From the NCBI RefSeq assembly GCF_009914755.1, contig NC_060948.1: 64,000 nt of DNA; one strand, 5' to 3'. The notes beneath the pieces are model-generated. The model ran no database searches. It was not told where the DNA came from and saw nothing but the letters and a program-made list of their open reading frames with translations. The translations under genes were made by a program, and so were the position numbers. Source of the DNA: the human T2T-CHM13v2.0 reference genome, Homo sapiens. Of this stretch, positions 24,301 to 38,399 are shown piece by piece (position 1 is the stretch's first letter; each line of letters opens with the position of its first letter).

Positions 24301-27300
24301 CAATCGACTGGCAGGGAATCAAAAGGAATGTAATGGAATGGATTGGACTGGAATGCAATGGACTCGAATAGATTGGAAACGGAATGCAAAGGAATGGAAT
24401 GGAATAGTATGGAATGGAATGGAAAGGAATGCAGTGGAATAGACTAGAGTGGAATGGAATGGACTGGAAAGCAATGGACTGGAATGGAACTTTATTGAAT
24501 GGACTGGAATCAAACGGAATGGAATGCAATGCAATCAAATGGCATGGAATAAAATAGAATGAAAGAGAATCAAATGGAATTGAATCGAATGGAATCGAAT
24601 GGATTGGAAAGGAATAGAATGGAATGGAATGGAATGGACTAGAATGGAATGGATTCGAATGGAAGGCAAAGGAATGGAATCTATTGGAATGGACTGTAAT
24701 GGAATGGAATGGAAGGGATTGGAATGGACTCGAATGGAATGGACTGCAATAGAAAGGATTCGAATGGAATGAAAAAGAATTGAATGGAATAGAACAGAAT
24801 GGAATCAAATCGAATGAAATGGAATGGAATAGAAAGGAATGGAATGAAATGGAATGGAAAGGATTCGAATGGAATGCAATCGAATGGAATGGAATCGAAC
24901 GGAATGGAATAAAATGGAAGAAAACTGGCAAGAAATGGAATCGAAATGAATGGAGTGTTATGGAACGGACTCAAAAGGAATTGAATGTAATAGAATGGAG
25001 TGGAGTGGACTCGAATATAATGGACTGGAATGGAATGAAATCACATGGAATGGGAACGAATGGAATGGAATGGAAAGGAATGGAATCGAATGGAAAGGAA
25101 TCGAATGGAAGGGAATGAAATTGAATCAACAGGAATGGAAGGGAATAGAATAGACGGTAATGGAATGGACTCGAATAGAATGGACACGAATGCTCAAATT
25201 GAATGGACTCGAATGGAATGGAAACGAAAGGAATGTCATCGAATGGAATTGAATCGATTGGAATGAAATCGCATAGAATGGAGTGGAATCAAATGGAATT
25301 GAATCGAAAGGAAAGGAAGCGAATGGACTGAAATGAAATGGAATGGAATTGAATGGAAAGTAATGCAATGGAATAGAATGGAACGAAATTTCACGGAATG
25401 GAATCAAACTGAATGGAATCAAACCAATGGAATCAAATCAAATGGAATGGAAAGGAATTGAATGGAGTAGATTGGATTGGATGGGATTGGAATGAAATGT
25501 ACTGGAAAGGACTCGAATTTCATGAAACGGAATGGAATGAATTGGAACGGAACGGACTCGAATGGAATGGAATGTCATGGAATGGCATCAAATGGAATGG
25601 CATCAAATGGAATGGAATCGAATGCAATGGAATGCTATGGAATGGAATGGAATGCATTTTAATGGAATGTCCTCTAATGGAATGGATTCGAGTGGAATGG
25701 AATCGAATATAATGGAGTCGAATGAAATGGAATTGAAAGGAATGGGATCGAATACAATGGAATATACTGGAATGTAATGTAATGAACTCGAATGTAATTG
25801 ACTGGAATGGAATGTACATGAATGGAATGTAATCGAATGGAAAGTAATCAATGGAATAGAATCTAATGCAATAAAATCGACTCAGATAGAGTAGAATGTA
25901 ATGGAATGGAGTGCAGTGCAATGGAATGGAATGGAATGCAATGGAATGGAATGGAATGGAATGGAATGGAATGGAATGGAATGGAATGGTGTGGAATGTA
26001 TAGTAATGGACTGGAGTGAAATGGACTGGAAAGGAATGGACTCAAATTGAATGGGCTCGAAAGGAATGGAGTCAAATGGAATGGTCTGGAATGGAATGAA
26101 CACGAATGTAATGCAATCCAATAGAATGGAATCGAATGGCATGGAATATAAAGAAATGGAATCGAAGAGAATGGAAACAAATGGAATGGAATTGAATGGA
26201 ATGGGAAGGAATGGAGTGAAATTGTATGCAGTAGAAGAGAATAGAATGGAATGCAAGTGAAAGGAAAGGAATGGATTGGAATGGAATGGAATTCATTGGA
26301 ATGGAAGGGAATGTAGTGTAATGGACAGGCCTGGAATAAAGTGGAATGCTACGGTCTCGAATGGTATAAAAATGTATGGAATGGAATGCAATAAAACGGA
26401 ATCGAATGTCATAGAATGTAATGGAATGCAAAAAAATGGAATCCAAAATCATTGACTGGAAAGGCTGGGTGTCGAAAGGAATTGACTCCAATGGAATGGA
26501 ATCGAATGGAATGGAAGTGAATAGAATCGAACTAAATCGAATGGAATGGAATTGATAGGAACGGAATGGAAAGGAATGCAATGATTTGGCATGGAATGGA
26601 ATCGAATGGCATCGAATGGAATGGAATGGAATGCAATGGAATGGAATGTATTAGAATGTAATGAACTTTAATGGAATGTACTCGAATGGATTCGACTGGA
26701 ATGGAATGTTCTGGAAGTGAATGGACTCCAATGGAATGGATTCCAAAGGAATGGAATCGTACGGAATGGAATCTAATGGAATGGAATTAAATGGAAATGA
26801 ATCAAATTGAATAGCACGGAATTGAATTGAATGGAATGGAATGCAATGGAATCTAATGAAACGGAAAGGAAAGGAATGGAATGGAATGGAATGGGCTGGA
26901 ATGGAAAGGAATCGAAACGAATGCAATGGAATCGAACTGAAGAGACTGGAATGGAATGCACTGGAATGGAAGGGAGTGTAATGGAAGGTTCTCGAAAAAA
27001 ATGGAATGGAATGGAATGGAATTGAATGGAACGGAATAGAGTCGAATGGAATTGAATGGAATGGAATGGACTAGAGTGAAATGGAATCGAACCACAAGGA
27101 ATGGACAGGAATAGAATGGTCTCGAATTGAATGGAATCGTATGGAATGGCATCAAACGGAATGGAATGGACAGCCACGGAATGGAATGCACTCGAATGCA
27201 ATGGAGTCGAAACTAATGGACTGGAATAGAATGGACTCGACTGGTACGGACTCCAATGGAATGGAATCGAATGGAAGGGAATCGAACGGAATGGACTCGA

Positions 27301-29200
27301 AGGGAAAAGACTGCAATGGAAAGGTCTCGAATGGAATGGAAATTAATGGAATGGAATGGAATCGAATGAAATGGAGTCAAAAGGAATGGAATCGAATGGC
27401 AAGAAATCGAATGTAATGGAATCGCAAGGAATTGATGTGAACGGAACGGAATGGAATGGAATCCAAAGGAATGGAATAGAATGGAATGGAATCGAATGGA
27501 AAGGACTCGAATGGAAATCACTCGAATAGAATGCAATTTAATAAAATAGGATCAAATGTAATGGAATGGAATGGAAAGGAATCGAAACGAAAGGAATGGA
27601 GACAGATGGAATGGAATGGAACAGAGAGCAATGGTATAGAATGGAATGGAATCATCTGGAATGGAATTGAATGGAATGGAATAATATGAAATGGAATGGA
27701 ATGGAATGGAATGCCCTTGAATTAAATGGACTGGAATGGAATGGACTCGAACAGAGTGGAATGGAAAGTGTTGAGATAGAATGGAATGGACTCGTTTGGA
27801 ATGGTCTAGTAGGCAATGCAATCGACTGGCAGGGAATCAAAAGGAATGTAATGGAATGGATTGGACTGGAATGCAATGGACTCGAATAGATTGGAAACGG
27901 AATGCAAAGGAATGGAATGGAATAGTATGGAATGGAATGGAAAGGAATGCAGTGGAATAGACTAGAGTGGAATGGAATGGACTGGAAAGCAATGGACTGG
28001 AATGGAACTTTATTGAATGGACTGGAATCAAACGGAATGGAATGCAATGCAATCAAATGGCATGGAATAAAATAGAATGAAAGAGAATCAAATGGAATTG
28101 AATCGAATGGAATCGAATGGATTGGAAAGGAATAGAATGGAATGGAATGGAATTGACTCAAATGGAATGGACTAGAATGGAATGGATTCGAATGGAAGGC
28201 AAAGGAATGGAATCTATTGGAATGGACTGTAATGGAATGGAATGGAAGGGATTGGAATGGACTCGAATGGAATGGACTGCAATAGAAAGGATTCGAATGG
28301 AATGAAAAAGAATTGAATGGAATAGAACAGAATGGAATCAAATCGAATGAAATGGAATGGAATAGAAAGGAATGGAATGAAATGGAATGGAAAGGATTCG
28401 AATGGAATGCAATCGAATGGAATGGAATCGAACGGAATGGAATAAAATGGAAGAAAACTGGCAAGAAATGGAATCGAAATGAATGGAGTGTTATGGAACG
28501 GACTCAAAAGGAATTGAATGTAATAGAATGGAGTGGAGTGGACTCGAATATAATGGACTGGAATGGAATGAAATCACATGGAATGGGAACGAATGGAATG
28601 GAATGGAAAGGAATGGAATCGAATGGAAAGGAATCGAATGGAAGGGAATGAAATTGAATCAACAGGAATGGAAGGGAATAGAATAGACGGTAATGGAATG
28701 GACTCGAATAGAATGGACACGAATGCTCAAATTGAATGGACTCGAATGGAATGGAAACGAAAGGAATGTCATCGAATGGAATTGAATCGATTGGAATGAA
28801 ATCGCATAGAATGGAGTGGAATCAAATGGAATTGAATCGAAAGGAAAGGAAGCGAATGGACTGAAATGAAATGGAATGGAATTGAATGGAAAGTAATGCA
28901 ATGGAATAGAATGGAACGAAATTTCACGGAATGGAATCAAACTGAATGGAATCAAACCAATGGAATCAAATCAAATGGAATGGAAAGGAATTGAATGGAG
29001 TAGATTGGATTGGATGGGATTGGAATGAAATGTACTGGAAAGGACTCGAATTTCATGAAACGGAATGGAATGAATTGGAACGGAACGGACTCGAATGGAA
29101 TGGAATGTCATGGAATGGCATCAAATGGAATGGCATCAAATGGAATGGAATCGAATGCAATGGAATGCTATGGAATGGAATGGAATGCATTTTAATGGAA
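18340..29200 (+). repeat. Sub-array of about 3 near-identical monomers (recent tandem expansion)
   Basis: Shared variants not seen elsewhere in the window: GCATTTTAAT (18571, 22115, 25654, 29187), CAAACCAATGG, GGTATAAAAATG, GTCTAGTAGGCAATG, GGAATGCAGTGGAATAG. Confidence 0.85.
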
Positions 29201-32200
29201 TGTCCTCTAATGGAATGGATTCGAGTGGAATGGAATCGAATATAATGGAGTCGAATGAAATGGAATTGAAAGGAATGGGATCGAATACAATGGAATATAC
29301 TGGAATGTAATGTAATGAACTCGAATGTAATTGACTGGAATGGAATGTACGTGAATGGAATGTAATCGAATGGAAAGTAATCCAATGGAATAGAATCTAA
29401 TGCAATAAAATCGACTCAGATAGAGTAGAATGTAATGGAATGGAGTGCAGTGCAATGGAATGGAATGGAATGGAATGCAATGGAATGGAATGGAATGGAA
29501 TGGAATGGAATGGTGTGGAATGGATAGTAATGGACTGGAGTGAAATGGACTGGAAAGGAATGGACTCAAATTGAATGGGCTCGAAAGGAATGGAGTCAAA
29601 TGGAATGGTCTGGAATGGAATGAACACGAATGTAATGCAATCCAATAGAATGGAATCGAATGGCATGGAATATAAAGAAATGGAATCGAAGAGAATGGAA
29701 ACAAATGGAATGGAATTGAGTGGAATGGAATTGAATGGAATGGGAACGAATGGAGTGAAATTGTATGCAGTAGAAGAGAATAGAATGGAATGCAAGCGAA
29801 AGGAAAGGAATGGATTGGAATGGAATGGAATTCATTGGAATGGAAGGGAATGTAGTGTAATGGACAGGCCTGGAATAAAGTGGAATGCTACGGTCTCGAA
29901 TGGAATAAAAATGTATGGAATGGAATGCAATGAAACGGAATCGAATGTCATAGAATGTAATGGAATGCAAAAAAATGGAATCCAAAATCATTGACTGGAA
30001 AGGCTGGGTGTCGAAAGGAATTGACTCCAATGGAATGGAATCGAATGGAATGGAAGTGAATAGAATCGAACTAAATCGAATGGAATGGAATTGATAGCAA
30101 CGGAATGGAAAGGAATGCAATGATTTGGCATGGAATGGAATCGAATGGCATCGAATGGAATGGAATGGAATGCAATGGAATGGAATGTATTAGAATGTAA
30201 TGAACTTTAATGGAATGTACTCGAATGGATTCGACTGGAATGGAATGTTCTGGAAGTGAATGGACTCCAATGGAATGGATTCAAAAGGAATGGAATCGTA
30301 CGGAATGGAATCTAATGGAATGGAATTAAATGGAAATGAATCAAATTGAATAGCACGGAATTGAATTGAATGGAATGGAATGCAATGGAATCTAATGAAA
30401 CGGAAAGGAAAGGAATGGAATGGAATGGAATGGGCTGGAATGGAAAGGAATCGAAACGAATGGAATGGAATCGAACTGAAGAGACTGGAATGGAATGCAC
30501 TGGAATGGAAGGGAGTGTAATGGAAGGTTCTCGAAAAAAATGGAATGGAATGGAATGGAATTGAATGGAACGGAATAGAGTCGAATGGAATTGAATGGAA
30601 TGGAATGGACTAGAGTGAAATGGAATCGAACCACAAGGAATGGACAGGAATAGAATGGTCTCGAATTGAATGGAATCGTATGGAATGGCATCAAACGGAA
30701 TGGAATGGACAGCCACGGAATAGAATGCACTCGAATGCAATGGAGTCGAAACTAATGGACTGGAATAGAATGGACTCGACTGGTACGGACTCCAATGGAA
30801 TGGAATCGAATGGAAGGGAATCGAACGGAATGGACTCGAAGGGAAAAGACTGCAATGGAAAGGTCTCGAATGGAATGGAAATTAATGGAATGGAATGGAA
30901 TCGAATGAAATGGAGTCAAAAGGAATGGAATCGAATGGCAAGAAATCGAATGTAATGGAATCGCAAGGAATTGATGTGAACGGAACGGAATGGAATGGAA
31001 TCCAAAGGAATGGAATAGAATGGAATGGAATCGAATGGAAAGGACTCGAATGGAAATCACTCGAATAGAATGCAATTTAATAAAATAGGATCAAATGTAA
31101 TGGAATGGAATGGAAAGGAATCGAAACGAAAGGAATGGAGACAGATGGAATGGAATGGAACAGAGAGCAATGGTATAGAATGGAATGGAATCATCTGGAA
31201 TGGAATTGAATGGAATGGAATAATATGAAATGGAATGGAATGGAATGGAATGGAATGCCCTTGAATTAAATGGACTGGAATGGAATGGACTCGAACAGAG
31301 TGGAATGGAAAGTGTTGAGATAGAATGGAATGGACTCCTTTGGAATGGTCTAGTATGCAATGCAATCGACTGGTAGGGAATCAAAAGGAATGTAATCGAA
31401 TGTATTGGACTGGAATGCAATGGACTCGAATAGATTGGAAACGGAATGCAAAGGAATGGAATGGAATAGTATGGAATGGAATGGAAAGGAATGGAGTGGA
31501 ATAGACTAGAGTGGAATGGAATGGACTGGAAAGCAATGGACTGGAATGGAACTTTCTTGAATGGACTGGAATCAAACGGAATGGAATGCAATGCAATCAA
31601 ATGGCATGGAATAAAATAGAATGAAAGAGAATCAAATGGAATTGAATCGAATGGAATCGAATGGATTGGAAAGGAATAGAATGGAATGGAATGGAATTGA
31701 CTCAAATGGAATGGACTAGAATGGAATGGATTCGAATGGAAGGCAAAGGAATGGAATCTATTGGAATGGACTGTAATGGAATGGAATGGAAGGGATTGGA
31801 ATGGACTCGAATGGAATGGACTGCAATAGAAAGGATTCGAATGGAATGAAAAAGAATTGAATGGAATAGAACAGAATGGAATCAAATCGAATGAAATGGA
31901 ATGGAATAGAAAGGAATGGAATGAAATGGAATGGAAAGGATTCGAATGGAATGCAATCGAATGGAATGGAATCGAACGGAATGGAATAAAATGGAAGAAA
32001 ACTGGCAAGAAATGGAATCGAAATGAATGGAGTGTTATGGAACGGACTCAAAAGGAATTGAATGTAATAGAATGGAGTGGAGTGGACTCGAATATAATGG
32101 ACTGGAATGGAATGAAATCACATGGAATGGGAACGAATGGAATGGAATGGAAAGGAATGGAATCGAATGGAAAGGAATCGAATGGAAGGGAATGAAATTG

Positions 32201-33432
32201 AATCAACAGGAATGGAAGGGAATAGAATAGACGGTAATGGAATGGACTCGAATAGAATGGACACGAATGCTCAAATTGAATGGACTCGAAAGGAATGGAA
32301 ACGAAAGGAATGTCATCGAATGGAATTGAATCGATTGGAATGAAATCGCATAGAATGGAGTGGAATCAAATGGAATTGAATCGAAAGGAAAGGAAGCGAA
32401 TGGACTGAAATGAAATGGAATGGAATTGAATGGAAAGTAATGCAATGGAATAGAATGGAACGAAATTTCACGGAATGGAATCAAACTGAATGGAATCAAA
32501 TCAATGGAATCTAATCAAATGGAATGGAAAGGAATTGAATGGTGTAGATTGGATTGGATGGGATTGGAATGAAATGTACTGGAAAGGACTCGAATTTCAT
32601 GAAACGGAATGGAATGAATTGGAACGGAATGGACTCGAATGGAATGGAATGTCATGGAATGGCATCAAATGGAATGGCATCAAATGGAATGGAATCGAAT
32701 GCAATGGAATGCTATGGAATGGAATGGAATGCATTGGAATGGAATGTCCTCAAATGGAATGGATTCGAGTGGAATGGAATCGAATATAATGGAGTCGAAT
32801 GAAATGGAATTGAAAGGAATGGGATCGAATAGAATGGAATATACTGAAATGTAATGTAATGAACTCGAATGTAATTGACTGGAATGGAATGTACATGAAT
32901 GGAATGTGATCGAATGGAAAGTAATCCAATGGAATAGAATCTAATGCAATAAAACCGACTCAGATAGAGTAGAATGTAATGGAATGGAGTGCAGTGCAAT
33001 GGAATGGAATGGAATTGAATGCAATGGAATGGAATGGAATGGAATGGAATGGAATGGAATGGAATGGGATGGAATGGTATGGAATGGATAGTAATGGACT
33101 GGAGTGAAATGGACTGGAAAGGAATGGACTCAAATTGAAAGGGCTCGAAAGGAATGGAGTCAAATGGAATGGTCTGGAATGGAATGAAAACGAATGTAAT
33201 GCAATCCAATAGAATGGAAACGAATGGCATGGAATATAAAGAAATGGAATCGAAGAGAATGGAAACAAATGGAATGGAATTGAATGGAATGGAATTGAAT
33301 GGAATGGGAACGAATGGAGTGAAATTGTATGCAGTAGAAGGGAATAGAATGGAATGCAAGCGAAAGGAAAGGAATGGATTGGAATGGAATGGAATTCATT
33401 GGAATGGAAGGGAATGTAGTGTAATGGACAGG

Positions 33433-36400
33433 CCTGGAATAAAGTGGAATGCTACGGTCTCGAATGGAATAAAAATGTATGGAATGGAATGCAATGAAAC
33501 GGAATGGAATGTCATAGAATGTAATGGAATGCAACAAAATGGAATCCAAAATCATTGACTGGAAAGGCTGGGTGTCGAAAGGAATTGACTCCAATGGAAT
33601 GGAATCGAATGGAATGGAAGTGAATAGAATCGAACTAAATCGAATGGAATGGAATTGATAGGAACGGAATGGAAAGGAATGCAATGATTTGGCATGGAAT
33701 GGAATCGAATGGCATCGAATGGAATGGAATGGAATGCAATGGAATGGAATGTATTAGAATGTAATGAACTTTAATGGAATGTACTCGAATGGATTCGACT
33801 GGAATGGAATGTTCTGGAAGTGAATGGACTCCAATGGAATGGATTCAAAACGAATGGAATCGTACGGAATGGAATCTAATGGAATGGAATTAAATGGAAA
33901 TGAATCAAATTGAATAGCACGGAATTGAATTGAATGGAATCGAATGCAATGGAATCTAATGAAACGGAAAGGAAAGGAATGCAATGGAATGGAATGGGCT
34001 GGAATGGAAAGGAATCGAAACGAATGGAATGGAATCGAACTGACGAGACTGGAATGGAATGCACTGGAATGGAAGGGAGTGTAATGGAAGGTTCTCGAAA
34101 AAAATGGAATCGAATGGAATGGAATTGAATGGAACGGAATAGAGTCGAATGGAATTGAATGGAATGGAATGGACTAGAGTGAAATGGAATCGAACCACAA
34201 GGAATGGAGAGGAATAGAATGGTCTCGAATTGAATGGAATCGTATGGAATGGCATCAAACGGAATGGAATGGACAGCCACGGAATGGAATGCACTCGAAT
34301 GCAATGGAGTCGAAACTAATGGACTGGAATAGAATGGACTCGACTGGTACGGACTCCAATGGAATGGAATCGAATGGAAGGGAATCGAACGGAATGGACT
34401 CGAAGGGAAAAGACTGCAATGGAAAGGTCTCGAATGGAATGGAAATTAATGGAATGGAATGGAATCGAATGAAATGGAGTCAAAAGGAATGGAATCGAAT
34501 GGCAAGAAATCGAATGTAATGGAATCGCAAGGAATTGATGTGAACGGAACGGAATGGAATGGAATCCAAAGGAATGGAATAGAATGGAATGGAATCGAAT
34601 GGAAAGGACTCGAATGGAAATCACTCGAATAGAATGCAATTTAATAAAATAGGATCAAATGTAATGGAATGGAATGGAAAGGAATCGAAACGAAAGGAAT
34701 GGAGACAGATGGAATGGAATGGAACAGAGAGCAATGGTATAGAATGGAATGGAATCATCTGGAATGGAATTGAATGGAATGGAATAATATGAAATGGAAT
34801 GGAATGGAATGGAATGGAATGCCCTTGAATTAAATGGACTGGAATGGAATGGACTCGAACAGAGTGGAATGGAAAGTGTTGAGATAGAATGGAATGGACT
34901 CGTTTGGAATGGTCTAGTATGCAATGCAATCGACTGGCAGGGAATCAAAAGGAATGTAATGGAATGGATTGGACTGGAATGCAATGGACTCGAATAGATT
35001 GCAAACGGAATGCAAAGGAATGGAATGGAATAGTATGGAATGGAATGGAAAGGAATGGAGTGGAATAGACTAGAGTGGAATGGAATGGACTGGAAAGCAA
35101 TGGACTGGAATGGAACTTTCTTGAATGGACTGGAATCAAACGGAATGGAATGCAGTGCAATCAAATGGCATGGAATAAAATAGAATGAAAGAGAATGAAA
35201 TGGAATTGAATCGAATGGAATCGAATGGATTGGAAAGGAATAGAATGGAATGGAATGGAATTGACTCAAATGGAATGGACTAGAATGGAATGGATTCGAA
35301 TGGAAGGCAAAGGAATGGAATCTATTGGAATGGACTGTAATGGAATGGAATGGAAGGGATTGGAATGGACTCGAATGGAATGGACTGCAATAGAAAGGAT
35401 TCGAATGGAATGAAAAAGAATTGAATGGAATAGAACAGAATGGAATCAAATCGAATGAAATGGAATGGAATAGAAAGGAATGGAATGAAATGGAATGGAA
35501 AGGATTCGAATGGAATGCAATCGAATGGAATGGAATCGAACGGAATGGAATAAAATGGAAGAAAACTGGCAAGAAATGGAATCGAAATGAATGGAGTGTT
35601 ATGGAACGGACTCAAAAGGAATTGAATGTAATAGAATGGAGTGGAGTGGACTCGAATATAATGGACTGGAATGGAATGAAATCACATGGAATGGGAACGA
35701 ATGGAATGGAATGGAAAGGAATGGAATCGAATGGAAAGGAATCGAATGGAAGGGAATGAAATTGAATCAACAGGAATGGAAGGGAATAGAATAGACGGTA
35801 ATGGAATGGACTCGAATAGAATGGACACGAATGCTGAAATTGAATGGACTCGAATGGAATGGCAACGAAAGGAATGTCATCGAATGGAATTGAATCGATT
35901 GGAATGAAATCGCATAGAATGGAGTGGAATCAAATGGAATTGAATCGAAAGGAAAGGAAGCGAATGGACTGAAATGAAATGGAATGGAATTGAATGGAAA
36001 GTAATGCAATGGAATAGAATGGAACGAAATTTCACGGAATGGAATCAAACTGAATGGAATCAAATCAATGGAATCTAATCAAATGGAATGGAAAGGAATT
36101 GAATGGAGTAGATTGGATTGGATGGGATTGGAATGAAATGTACTGGAAAGGACTCGAATTTCATGAAACGGAATGGAATGAATTGGAACGGAATGGACTC
36201 GAATGGAATGGAATGTCATGGAATGGCATCAAATGGAATGGCATCAAATGGAATGGAATCGAATGCAATGGAATGCTACGGAATGGAATGGAATGCATTG
36301 GAATAGAAAGTCCTCTAATGGAATGTATTCGAGTGGAATGGAATCGAATATAATGGAGTCGAATGAAATGGAATTGAAAAGAATGGGATCAAATACAATG

Positions 36401-36981
36401 GAATATACTGGAATGTAATGTAATGAACTCGAATGTAATTGACTGGAATGGAATGTACATGAATGGAATGTAATCGAATGGAAAGTAATCCAATGGAATA
36501 GAAACTAATGCAATAAAATCGACTCAAATAGAGTAGAATGTAATGGAATGGAGTGCAGTGCAATGGAATGGAATGGAATGGAATGCAATGGAATGGAATG
36601 GATTGGAATGGAATGGGATGGAATGGTGTGGAATGGATAGTAATGGACTGGTGTGAAATGGACTGGAAAGGAATGGACTCAAATTGAAAGGGCTCGAAAG
36701 GAATGGAGTCAAATGGAATGGTCTGGAATGGAATGAACACGAATGTAATGCAATCCAATAGAATGGAATCGAATGGCATGGAACATAAAGAAATGGAATC
36801 GAAGAGAATGGAAACAAATGGAATGGAATTGAATGGAATGGAATTGAATGGAATGGGAAGGAATGGAGTGAAATTGTATGCAGTAGTAGAGAATAGAATG
36901 GAATGCAAGTGAAAGGAAAGGAATGGATTGGAATGGAATGGAATTCATTGGAATGGAAGGGAATGTAGTGTAATGGACAGG
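33433..36981 (+). repeat. Full DYZ1 monomer of modal length (3549 bp)
   Basis: AGGCCT at 33430 and 36979; 3549 is the most frequent spacing. The preceding monomer (29866 to 33430) is 3564 bp, the length I recall for the classic cloned DYZ1 unit. Confidence 0.9.
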
Positions 36982-38399
36982 CCTGGAATAAAGTGGAATG
37001 CTACGGTCTCGAATGGAATAAAAATGTATGGAATGGAATGCAATGAAACGGAATCGAATGTCATAGAATGTAATGGAATGCAAAAAAATGGAATCCAAAA
37101 TCATTGACTGGAAAGGCTGGGTGTCGAAAGGAATTGACTCCAATGGAATGGAATCGAATGGAATGGAAGTGAATAGAATCGAACTAAATCGAATGGAATG
37201 GAATTGATAGGAACGGAATGGAAAGGAATGCAATGATTTGGCATGGAATGGAATCGAATGGCATCGAATGGAATGGAATGGAATGCAATGGAATGGAATG
37301 TATTAGAATGTAATGAACTTTAATGGAATGTACTCGAATGGATTCGACTGGAATGGAATGTTCTGGAAGTGAATGGACTCCAATGGAATGGATTCAAAAG
37401 GAATGGAATCGTACGGAATGGAATCTAATGGAATGGAATTAAATGGAAATGAATCAAATTGAATAGCACGGAATTGAATTGAATGGAATGGAATGCAATG
37501 GAATCTAATGAAACGGAAAGGAAAGGAATGGAATGGAATGGAATGGGCTGGAATGGAAAGGAATCGAAACGAATGGAATGGAATCGAACTGAAGAGACTG
37601 GAATGGAATGCACTGGAATGGAAGGGAGTGTAATGAAGGTTCTCGAAAAAAATGGAATCGAATGGAATGGAATTGAATGGAACGGAATAGAGTCGAATGG
37701 AATTGAATGGAATGGAATGGACTAGAGTGAAATGGAATCGAACCACAAGGAATGGACAGGAATAGAATGGTCTCGAATTGAATGGAATCGTATGGAATGG
37801 CATCAAACGGAATGGAATGGACAGCCACGGAATGGAATGCACTCGAATGCAATGGAGTCGAAACTAATGGACTGGAATAGAATGGACTCGACTGGTACGG
37901 ACTCCAATGGAATGGAATCGAATGGAAGGGAATCGAACGGAATGGACTCGAAGGGAAAGACTGCAATGGAAAGGTCTTGAATGGAATGGAAATTAATGGA
38001 ATGGAATGGAATCGAATGAAATGGAGTCAAAAGGAATGGAATCGAATGGCAAGAAATCGAATGTAATGGAATCGCAAGGAATTGATGTGAACGGAACGGA
38101 ATGGAATGGAATCCAAAGGAATGGAATAGAATGGAATGGAATCGAATGGAAAGGACTCGAATGGAAATCACTCGAATAGAATGCAATTTAATAAAATAGG
38201 ATCAAATGTAATGGAATGGAATGGAAAGGAATCGAAACGAAAGGAATGGAGACAGATGGAATGGAATGGAACAGAGAGCAATGGTATAGAATGGAATGGA
38301 ATCATCTGGAATGGAATTGAATGGAATGGAATAATATGAAATGGAATGGAATGGAATGGAATGGAATGCCCTTGAATTAAATGGACTGGAATGGAATGG

